Assembly (NCBI GenBank): GCA_002269645.1
Contig: NIVC01004214.1
Location: 1 to 54,558, forward strand
DNA length: 54,558 nt
From: Macrostomum lignano
Lineage: Eukaryota
Direction of reading: 5' to 3'
Under the pieces are notes generated by a model. That model was not told where the DNA came from and did no database searches. It saw only the letters and a list, made by a program, of their open reading frames with translations. The position numbers were made by a program, and so were the translations under genes. Shown here one piece after another: positions 44,154 through 54,558 of the stretch; within the stretch, counting starts at the first letter, position 1, and every line of letters begins with the position of its first letter.

Positions 44154-44984
44154 GGAGCTTAAAGATTCGTCCTATTGATGCTAATTTATCATCAACATCC
44201 AACAGTGAACTTGGTTTGAAATTCTCATGGTTACATACTCCTAATGATCAACAAAGTTTTGGTAGCAATCGTATTGTTTTGATCGATTTGCGGGTTAAAA
44301 AAATATGAATATCAAAGTTGCAACCTCAAATATATTCGGCAAAAGTGAAAAGTTGTCACTCTATTATGCGCCAGTGAGCAATTTCTCTTGGACTATTCTG
44401 AAATAAAAGATACAAGAAAACTGATCGGGGTAGCTTTAATCTGTCCAACCCTCGCACACCGCTCCACCCACTTCATTCCTCAACTCAAGTCTGCCGCGGC
44501 GTAGCTGAGTTGCGTCACTCGCAAAGACTTTACCTGCACTCTCAAAAGTGGAGACTACAGACGGAATCTTCTGTGATGCCGACTTTTCGACGTTACTGAG
44601 TATATATATACAGTGCTAATTCCTGCGGTACCATACTATACTTTGACGCCCCAAATAAGTATATGCTGGCCCAGCCAAGTCGCCAATCTAAAATAAACAA
44701 TCCAAAAGCATAAGCCATGCAAGTAGGAAGTAGCTGAGTCCATGTTGAAAAAAGCCAGTCGAATCTCTTTATAAGGCCATACGAAATGTCTATGGTTAGT
44801 AGCAGAGGTGCAGTAGCACACACTGTAATGCTAGAAATTCCTATTATATACTCAGCACAGTCAAAAGTGCCACCCTCAAAGCGAGATGAAAATTTTCTAA
44901 CTTATTGCGACAACTTCTTACTCACAATTTAACCCTCAAGTTACACAACTAAGCAGCCGCGAGGAAGGGAAAGTTGATTGTGCT

Positions 44985-45200
44985 TAATAACGCGTGTGGG
45001 ATCCCCTCGCACGACTCTGCGGGGCATCCCAAGGATGAGGCGGCGCAGAAAGTCCTGGGGAAGCCAAGCGTTTTCAATGGCATGACGGAGCTCCGCAACA
45101 TTCCGGATTCTATTTTTGAATGCTGCGTGGGATGCTCGATGGGATTCATGTCTGGCCATCTGGGGACCGGGAAGGCCAGCGCAGAGTACGCAGCTGTAGC
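44985..45200 (-). pseudogene. Decayed Tc1/mariner transposase C-terminal fragment
   Basis: PDMNPIEH (compare SPDLNPIEHLW) and, frameshifted, KNRIRNVAELRHAIENAWLPQDFLRRLILGMPRR. Confidence 0.7.
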
Positions 45201-47071
45201 TGTTCTTTCGACTGACTGACAGCATCATCGGCTTAGTGTGGCGGCGCGTTGTCCTCCTGGATCATTAAGCAGACCCAAGCCACCCCTTAAGAGGCAATAA
45301 GCTTTTCGCGTGCCGTAGGTTGCGTCACTCGCAATAAGTGAAAAAATCATCTCGCTTTTAGTGGGGTGGAACTTTGACTGTTGGTGAATATATAGTAGTA
45401 AGTTGTATTTTCCTCGCGAACTCTTTCTAGAACACTCTAGCTTAATTTTCCGTGGCAAAACTATAACAGTAAAGTACCCGTAATAAGACATCTCCGACCT
45501 ATCGAACTCTATTCACCAGCTACGAGACTCGTTGAACTAAAACAAAAGATAAACTGAAAAAAATAGTTGTATATCTACGAGTATTCCAAATTTTATTCAC
45601 TTTTGTACGAACTTCAATCGAAGAATTGATTTTAAGCGACAAAATAATATGTTTTTGTATGTATCCCGTACATCAATCTTTACATTTTAGATCCATCTGA
45701 ATGCTCTTCATAGCTATACATGTACATAAAGTTTTCTTCTCGAGCTAGGGGTTTGTAATTAATCAGAGCCGGTACTTTCCTGCTTTTGCATGTATTGATG
45801 GGTTTCGACCTTCGGGCCCCTTGTTAGGGAAGCCTTCGGGCCTCAGGTCTCAGAAATAAATCAATTAGAGTCCTGGCCCCCCACTCCTGTCAGATGGTCA
45901 GTCCCATGGTAGCTTGATCGTGTGGCGAGCAGTCTAGGTCCTATAGCTAAGAGAGGGACAGCGAGAGACAAGCAGGGAGAATTTTGAAGGTAGAAATTAG
46001 CTAATCCGCAGACTAAGCTAACTCGCTGCCACCAGCCCGTGCGTCCTGGCTCACCACACCGGGACTCTCGAAATCGGGCTTCCGACTAGAAGGGGCTTTG
46101 CACTTACCTGCCAACTAGTGTCTTTTTGCTGTCAATCTCGAAGTCATAGCCGATGATAAGGGACACTGCTGGGACTTGATCGCATTGGCCATGCAGGTAC
46201 AGAGGGGACTTGTGCAGGGGGTTCTTGCAGTGGCGAGACTATGGGGTAGCTACATGTACTATTACGACATTGCTAAATACGAGGAATTGTACTTTTGGCC
46301 TTCAACGCGCCAACTAGCCTCTCATAGCGCTGATGATAAACTAACTCGAACTTCAGAGACCTCGCATGATTAATTACCCGAGCCGCTTGGCTAACCTAGA
46401 GTGCACAAAGTACATCTCTGGCACCGATTCTGCACTTCTGGCAGTTTTACTCACTGATTTGATTGATAGATCGACTGAGAACCACCTTGCCATTGGTCCA
46501 CTGTGACCGGCGCCTACTAGCTTAGCTACTCATCTGAGCCATCGGCGAACAAAGAAACAAAACCGATAAACATAACTGTTAGATTTAACCTTCTCCTTAG
46601 ATCACTTCACACTTCAGATTGAATTGGAGTTTCAGACTACTAGCAGTATTATTGAATGACTTCTGCCTCAGCAACAGCACAACTGAACAAAATGAGCAAA
46701 AGTGTGCGCCTCAACACTGGAACAGGGGACAGATGGGGGATCACCCAATCAAGCAAGTCTAGGTAGCCTCTCACCCAACCAATCAGAAACTCAACAGCCG
46801 GAGACCAGGAAATCCACAGTGACCGAATCGGCTTGATGCTTCGCAGCTGTAGGCTCGGGATGATGCTGACACAGTCTTCGCTGATAGCTAGCAGGTGATG
46901 ATCTTCGCTTGATGTTCGCTGCTGACGACCGGGGGATTCGTCCTTGATGATGATGGGGGGAAGTCGCAATCCGGGGATCAAGAAACGACGGTCGCGCTCC
47001 GGGAACCAGAAGTTGCGTGCTGGGCCCGAGCAAGTTCCACGCCAGTTACCGTCCGAGCGGGCCAAAAACTC

Positions 47072-47210
47072 CGGTTTAAATAGCCGCCAACTGGACCGCA
47101 GTTTGTTATAATGGAACACATCGATTCTGATTGGCTGAGCCGTTTTGTTAAAATTAGCGCCGAATTTTCTGATTGGCTAAGCTTGTTGCTACCCAGAATC
47201 ACGTGACCAA
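47072..47210 (-). promoter_or_regulatory. Promoter-like cluster (TATA-like, 2 CCAAT, E-box)
   Basis: Minus-strand TATTTAAA 47075-47082, ATTGG at 47130 and 47172, CACGTG 47200-47205. Confidence 0.45.
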
Positions 47211-48049
47211 GAGATCCGATCAGTTCCCACAGGGTCGTAAAAAGATGACAGGTGCGGCCATAAATCACTCAAAATCGCAACAAAATGATTTATGACTTTT
47301 CGCGTAGGATTGACAGAAATAATGAAAAAATATACATTAGAAAGCTCTTATTAAATAGAAAGTGAAGATAATGAAGAGAAATCGCTAATCGCTAATCCCA
47401 AGGTACTTTTAGGGGTAAAATGCATAGCTGTCAAAGCTGTCACACGCTTGAGTGAACCGAACAATAGGCTCTGACCTCATAAATCTTGATGGCCTGTCAA
47501 AATGATGAGAAAAAAGCTATCGCCCGCATCCTCTCAGACCATTTGGCACCCGCCTCAACACTGAGTGAGGCGCAGGTGGCTGTCAGACCAGCTTCGAAAG
47601 CGATGATTTATGACCCAAAAAGCAATGCCTATGTTATTATGACTACTAGTATGGCCAGACACTATATCTAGTATAGATTCTATGACAATTTGCAGAAAAA
47701 GAATAAAAATGCCCATTGCCCACTGTTACGAGGTAGTAGGCAAGTAAGTTTAGAGCCCATGTGCTAGCGCGGGATTTGGGAAAAAGTGCGTCCTCATCAG
47801 TATCTGGATAGTTATTAAATATATTTGTCCTCAATATTTGTGCTAGTGAGCTGATATATCTGATGTAACCACGCTCTGGTCGCGGGATAAGGCATGGGAA
47901 CTTTTTCGAAAGTGCCTCCTATCCCGTGCACCTCCTGCACAGAGCTGTCGAGACTCGGCCAGGTCTCCGACCAGGCCTGGAGACTCCCGCTCTGCTGTAC
48001 CCCCCCCTGCTGCCTTGGTTCCGTTTCCCCTGCCGCCACACCTGCCTTT

Positions 48050-48660
48050 CCGGAGCCCCCTATCCCTCTCTGTACCTCCCCCTCTACCCTATCTCTTCTG
48101 TTTTCCGCCCTACTCTCCTTGTACTTTCCCTATTCCCCCCTTTTTGTCTCTCTCTGCACTCTTTTCTTGCGCTGTCCCCTCTTTCTCTGTGTCTACTTAC
48201 AGTATGTTGTGTGCTCACCGTCTCCCCATCCCCTCTCAAACTCCCAAACGGTGACGCAAGTCGTGTGACCCCTTCTTCCCCTCGGTGACTCATCGATGAC
48301 TCATCCCCCTCTCTTGCGCAATCTTTTCTCACGCCATTGTTCTCCTTCCCAAATTTCTCATGCGACACCCACCCCACCTCCGCTTCTATTGTTCTCGTTT
48401 TTGATTCTTTTGTTCTCTTTACCCCCACCAATTATCACATTTTCTCCGATTTTCTCTTTCTATTGTTCTCTTTTTCGCACCTAATTATCACCTTTTCTCC
48501 AATGTTTACTTTTCTTTTGTTCTCGATTCTCCCCAATTATCCCCGTTTTCCAATTCCTTTGTTCTCGACCCCAGCCCCATTGTTCTCAATGTTTGCTTGC
48601 GCAACACTTTCGCGACCACCCGCTGCGCCAATTATCCCCCCCACCCCACCTCCGGATTGC
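48050..48660. repeat. CT-rich low-complexity tract
   Basis: Visible directly in the sequence. Confidence 0.8.
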
Positions 48661-48720
48661 GCAATTTTCCTATTTCTCATGTTGCTATGCCGCTCTCATG
48701 CTTCTCATCATGACTCATTC

Positions 48721-48802
48721 TGACGTCATTCTGCCGGCAGCCAATCAGAGAGAGGAAGTCATGGAAAAGACCTTGGAGCGGCGGCTGGGAAGGCAATATA
48801 AG
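48721..48802 (+). promoter_or_regulatory. Promoter-like cluster (CRE, CCAAT, ETS, TATA)
   Basis: TGACGTCA 48721-48728, CCAAT 48741, GGAAGT 48754, TATAA 48797. Confidence 0.45.
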
Positions 48803-51499
48803 GAACCGGTTTTCGGCATGAGAATCCTCAAACTTCGGGCTCCTCGTCTTTCTTTAGACGTGCTGTCAGACGTGGCGCTGAACCATTCGTCTATAGGACG
48901 AACCTCTGCCGGTCCGCGGTCTGTTACCGCCAAGCATCTTCAGCATCGCCTGATCTACATCAGCGCCTCGTCGCTTCGGCGCATCGCCGCTTCACTGCCT
49001 GCCCGACTGCAGCCAACAGCCGCCCACGGTTACTCCGTCGCTCTCTCTCTCTCTCTGTGCAGCTGCCGATGAGTTCCCATTACTAATTTGTGCTCTGATT
49101 GCCTTGCTTATCCGGGGTTTGCCTATTTTCCATTGCTTGATTAGAGAGCTGAGCCAATTGTGATACCGTATCTTTTGCTGTATTTTACTCAATAGTGAAG
49201 CTGCCTAAATTGCCTGATTATTTCGCCCAAGGGCCTAATTATTAACCTTTACTAACACCCTCATTATTCATTCTTTCACCATCATTTCACTCATGGTTTT
49301 CTAAGCCTTTCTCCCTGGGTGGCAAAGCATAAGGAAGTTTGGGTAAGCTAATGGCCTCTCCCAGTGCAAAGCCCGCCTGTGTGCGCGTGCTGCGGGTCCG
49401 AGTGTGCGTGCAGTAGAGGGATTAGCGAGTCTTGGCACAGAATGGCAGTAGGAAGGTTGCAACCCCATGCTGACGCGTCCCTTCGCCCAGAGCAATCTAA
49501 ACTATAGACAGTACATGTTCGCCTCACACTACTCTTAGTAATTAAAGCCGCAAGTCAGCCTCGCTCACAGCCACAAAGGATCCCCTGCTGAGAAATCCTC
49601 CAGATTGAGCCCAGAGTTCCCGATCATGCCCCAAGCAGAGTCCCTGTACTCGGCTGCATGTGTCTCCCCTGTTAGCCTAAATCCTCTGGTAACCAATCCA
49701 GGCGGGGCTCTAGCCTCGAGAGGTCTGGTAGTAAGATCCAGGTGCGCCAGGTCACATAGAGTGGTGGCAGCCACTCGGTCATGCTGTGACCGAGTGACCA
49801 TTTATTGCACCTTGGCTACAGGTGGGGTCCATGTGGGTCCTTGGCCCTATGGTCACGAGAGCGCTACCAAAGCTATCAATCATGTGGACGGGACAGTCTG
49901 GTGCTGGAGGTCCGTCAGGTCATTGTCTAGTCATAGGCAGCCTATGGTCATTGCCCCTTCTCGTCATGCGTTCGTCTCTCAACGGAGCGGACGGGCGACA
50001 AGGGCGGTTACATCACTTGTCCGAAGACTGCTAGGGTTGGTCAGGCTGACCCTCATCAAGGCTGGAGTCGACCGCATGTGCATCGGTCTCTGTGGCCTCG
50101 GTGAACCGCGAATGAATCTGAACCATTTTGTTCGAGGGTGTCATGTAAGATCAGTAATTGAGCACTGTAGGCTGGCACCTGAATTGATGCTGCAGTAGCA
50201 GGTGGGGATATGTCTGATCGCAGACCACATTCGTGTTGAGCTCCTGAGCACAGGCATCCCGACCCTGCGACTCATCTGGCTTATCTCTCCTAAGAAGTGA
50301 GGGAGGTACTTGCATGTAGAGAGTGCATGCGATGTCTTCATTTGTTGCATTTGAGGTGGGAATGTCTGGTCACAGACCACGTACTCCCGTGTCAATTTCT
50401 TGAACACAAAGCAGCTTGATCCTGAATCTTGTATGCTCTAATGATAACGCTAACGGCAGGCGAAGACGGTGGTTCGCTGCTTGCCGTCATTTCATAAGTT
50501 CATATTGACATAAAACTTTGAGCACCTGGGCTGCACCAAAAACTCAAAACTAATTTAGAGTTGATACTTTTATGAAATGTACCAGAAGAATTCTACATTT
50601 TGATGAATTTTCAGCACGATGCATGCATCCAGGCCGTCGCTATTGACATTACGGTGCAAGTTCGAAGAAAATTTGTTGAGCCGTTTTTTCTGAAATCGAT
50701 CGCATACCCACAGACAACTCATTTTTAGTATATGGGATGGACGACTTAAATGCATACAATTCTTTGATTTAAACTTTAAACTTGACACAATTCTTCATTG
50801 ACTCATTCTCTATCTAAATGTAAAGTTTCAACTCTGTAACTCAACCGAAAAAGAAACTGTAAGCATGTGAAGTTTGTCTGCTTTTTCTGTTGTTTGTGCC
50901 ACTCACTCACTCATTCCCCCAGAGCCAGACCAAGGGTCATGCGATAGGGCTCAATGTACATGGCAATGTACAGTGTTTTGGAATAGCTTTGTTTATGGCC
51001 TTCTCTGCAGCCCCGTGGAGAGGCTACGTTTAGCCATCCATAACAGTTTAGTGAGTAGCACTGTCCTCTGTATAGGCAAACTCTGCAGCAGTTTAACAGT
51101 GGATGGCAATTGGCAAATCAAGGTAATCCAGAATGGTTTGTAAAAGCGAAAGATTTATGAAAAGGCGATGCAATGCGATTCAACATTCAACCCTACTAAA
51201 TTAGTCACACCATGAAAATTTTAAGTTTCTCTTAAAGGTACTTTTAAATTTAAATGGCCTCCTAAGAAATGCGTATTTCCTTGGTTGTTAGACTGATGCA
51301 GACTGCAGTGGAGCTGAAGATACACAAATTCCTTTCAGGGCTGCAAATTGGCAAGAAAGATGACGTGATCAAAGCATGAGAATAACCATGAGAGTAGTAC
51401 GTCCCACAAACTGGCTTTCGAAGCAGGGATCGGCAGACTTTTACTTCAAAAGCCAGATAAAGAATCCAGCTTATGTGCGGGCCAGATGAGAGTGGAAAG

Positions 51500-52625
51500 G
51501 AGAAGGAATAGACTATTAGAAGAGAGGAGAGGCGAGAGGGGGTAAGAGAAAACATGGAAGATAAGAGGAGAGACAAGTGGTGAGGAGAGAGCAGAGAAGA
51601 AGGGAGGAAGAAGCGAGAGGAGGGGAGAAAGAAGGGAGAGGAAAGAGTAAAGGTGCGAAGAGGGGAGAGATGAGACAGAGGATCGATGAGGGAGGAGAGT
51701 AGAGAAGAGTGAGAAGAGAGTAGAGACGAGAGAGCAGAAAGAAGATGACAGAGGGTCAAGAGGAGAGGAGAGATTAGAGAGGAGAGAGTAGAAAGGATAG
51801 AGAAGAGAGGAGATAAGAGGGGGAGAGAGGAGTGAGAAGAGAAGAGATAGAGATAAGAGAGGGGTGTAAGAAGAGGGGAGAAAGGAGAGATGAGAGAGTA
51901 AAGGGAAGAGGAGGAGAGAGGAAAGAGATGAGATTGTAGAGATGAGACAGATGAAAGGAGAGATGAGAGAGTAAAGATGAGAGATTAAAAAAGTGAGAGG
52001 AGAGTGCAGAGAGACGAGAGAAGAGAATAGAGGAGAGAGAGTATAGAAGAGGGAAGAGAAAAGAAGAGAGGAGTAAGGAAAGAGAGGAGTCAGAAGAGGG
52101 GAAAGAGAAGAGTACACAGGAAAGAGGAGAGTAAAGATGACAGAAGAGCGAGGGGGATGAGAGAGCAAAGATGAGAGTGAACAGACGAAGGAGAAATGAG
52201 AAGTGAGATAAGAGAGATAAAGGAGGAGTCCGAGGAGAGAGTGGAGAGAGAAGAGAGAAGATAAGAGAGGGAGAGAGTATAGAAGAGGGAAGAGAAGAGA
52301 AGAGAAGAGGAGAAAGGAGGAAAGGAAAGAGAGGAGTCAGAAGAGGTGAAAGAGAAGAGTACAGAGGAGATAAGTGAGAGAACGTATAAGAGAGTAAAGA
52401 TAACAGATGAGAGAGCAGAGATGAGGGTAAACAGACGAGAGATGGGAGAGTAGAGAGAACAGAGGAGAGATAAGAGAGAAGAGATAACAGAGACTAGAGA
52501 GAGAGAGGAGAGACAGGGAGAGAGAAGTGGGTGAGGAGAGAGAAGAGGAAAGAAGAGAATGAAGAGGGGAGAGAGTAGAGAGGAGAGAGATGGGAGAGGA
52601 GAGATAAAAGAGAGAGAAAGAGGGA

Positions 52626-52688
<63 letters not shown>

Positions 52689-52960
52689 CAGAGCAGAGCA
52701 GAGAGAAACGAGAAGAGATAAGAGAGAAAAGATAAAATAAGAGAAAGGAGAGATGAGAGAGCAGACGAGAGAGGTGAGGGAAGAGACGAGTGACGAGGGG
52801 AGAGATGAGAGATAAAACAAGAAAAGAGATGAGAGGAAAGAGAGATAGGAAAGAGTAGAGAGGAGAAGGAAGAGACGAGAGAAAAGGGGGAGAGAGGAGA
52901 GGAGAAAGAGAAGAAAGGAGAGACGAGGGACGAGAGAGAAGAGAGGAAACAGAAAGGAAG
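51500..52960. repeat. Polypurine (A/G) tract of about 1.45 kb with an (AG)n core
   Basis: Visible directly in the sequence. Confidence 0.95.
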
Positions 52961-53561
52961 ATACAAGTTGCAATCGATCCAAGGTACGTAGGGAGAGTCA
53001 GAGGCAGAGGCCAGAGTTTGCCAATACATGTTTTAGAGTCAGACAGACATTGCCCGACATTCTGCGCAGCACGTACCCCAGCCAACAATATCAAATGTTT
53101 GCCTCAAATCCTAATTTTACACGAATGTACTCCATTTTATGTTTACTCTATACTACTAACTATTAACAAGTTTTTGTTTGAGTATGGCCTCAGATCTCAA
53201 AGCACATGCACAAATATTTCCGGGGATTAGAATTCCCCGGGTTCAAAATCCACGGGTTTCAACAGCTTGTCGATAAATATATCATGCAAGAATAACATAC
53301 GTCAGTACATGTACATAGGTAGAACTACTTTACGAGAAATAATAACGATATGAATGAAATAAAAATAATAGAATAAATACATACGAGGCTACAAAACCAA
53401 AGCAATTAACAGTAAAAATAGCGCAATAATAATACGTACGAATATTGTTAAAATAAATGAAAGAATACAGTAGTAGCACGGTATGCATATGAAAATAAAG
53501 AAATACGGCACACGCTTCTACGAATCACACTGTCACAACTGAACTGTGAATCATAAGTGCA

Positions 53562-53602
53562 AGCCCTGAAGATGACCGCTTGTGTCGAAACGCGCGTTGG
53601 CT
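53562..53602 (+). ncRNA. Minimal type I hammerhead ribozyme (Penelope-like-element type)
   Basis: AGCC-CTGAAGA-T-GAC(CGCTTGT)GTC-GAAA-C(GCGC)GT-T-GGCT: core boxes, 3-bp stem II, palindromic stem III ACGCGCGT, 4-bp stem I, GUU cleavage triplet. Confidence 0.72.
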
Positions 53603-54558
53603 ATTATAATAATTTTATATGTTTGTGTTGGCCTTCATTTCTCTATATAAATTTTCCTTTTTTTACATAAAAATATTAATTTATTACATTATAATTTTTA
53701 TGCATAGCTAAATTCATTCACCAAAATTTGTACACAAAAAATTGGCATGAATTTGTATATTGAGAATTTGTACGCCAACTTTGAAAGGAGTCATTTGTAT
53801 GCTAGAATTTTCTGGCATATATGTAACTTTCTAGAGTCTGGCTATGCTTCTATTTATAAACCTATGCTACTTTACCCTATGCTCCATTGCTTATTATTAC
53901 GCATTCTTGTTGCAACTTTATCTCTATCTTGGCTATAGCCCTGCTTCTCTATCCTATATTCCTCTATTCTTACTTTTTTATCCCTGGTAGTTCTGTACCT
54001 ATTGCTTTACCCCTTGTTACTCTGCCTCAGCCTCCTTGTCTTTGCTTCTCTGCCCCCTTGTCCTTGCTTTTTTGCCCCTTGTCTTGCTTCTCATGCTTGG
54101 GTGCATGCATACTAGGGATTCACCTAGCTGTTTTATTGGCAACATACACATGTAAATTGCTATTGTATAGAATAGTAGTCATGTGACTGCTCTCAGCCAA
54201 TAGCGACTAACTTGTGTATGTTGTAATGTTGCCAATAGAAAATTGCCAAGTGATTCCAAGGTTGGCATAGTATGTTGATTCTCTGTCCCCTTCCTTTGCT
54301 CTTCTACACTGCTTCTTTACCTATTGTATTGCAGATAAAAGTTTTTTCATTGTTTTCCATAGGACTAATAATTATTTGCCTCAGTATATTTTTACTTTCA
54401 GCATTGTGGTATTATTGTCTTGTCTTAATAGTTAGGCCCTATTATAGAATTTGTTGTATGATGTATTTTTTGCTAGTTTCATTTAATTTATCTAGCTAGT
54501 GCTTTTGAAAGAGCCATAATTCTTTAGACCAAGCATAATTAGGCTTTTGTTGTTTTTT

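Noticed and set aside
45795-45850. Possible second hammerhead on the minus strand (CTAACAA...GGCCCGAAGGTC-GAAA)
   Set aside because: The core deviates from CUGANGA at two invariant positions, and I could not build stem III with an NUH site. At best a dead relic.
52990-53090. CxxC...IG-like hint of a GIY-YIG relic on the minus strand near the hammerhead
   Set aside because: It needs several stops and shifts to assemble; too weak without an HMM search.
51262-54499. Leu/Ser/Phe-rich membrane-protein-like ORFs
   Set aside because: They are by-products of polypurine and pyrimidine-rich low-complexity DNA.

Overview
Animal (protostome-like) genomic DNA with spliceosomal introns; most introns carry their own mini- or microsatellite. 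The style recalls a flatworm such as Macrostomum, but that is inference only. Three protein-coding genes can be rebuilt by hand with consistent GT-AG boundaries and phases. (1) The 3' part of a Cav3 T-type voltage-gated Ca2+ channel (+, 740-23995; domain I pore to C-terminus; EEDD filter), including the mutually exclusive domain II turret exons 12a (3 Cys) and 12b (5 Cys). (2) A convergent minus-strand AIP3/Bud6-domain gene resembling SRCIN1/KIAA1217 (about 39231 down to about 26000). (3) A 3-exon RDH11-14-like short-chain dehydrogenase (+, 40644-44153). Non-coding elements: two tRNA-derived SINE families (one CORE-type), a 926-bp Merlin-like MITE with 30-bp TIRs and an 8-bp TSD, a decayed Tc1 transposase fragment, an unexplained 45.7-50.5 kb block with two divergent promoter-like clusters, and a minimal type I hammerhead ribozyme at 53562-53602. 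Apparent single-base frameshifts in two genes suggest long-read consensus errors or a decaying haplotype. Most ORFs in the supplied track are tandem-repeat artefacts.
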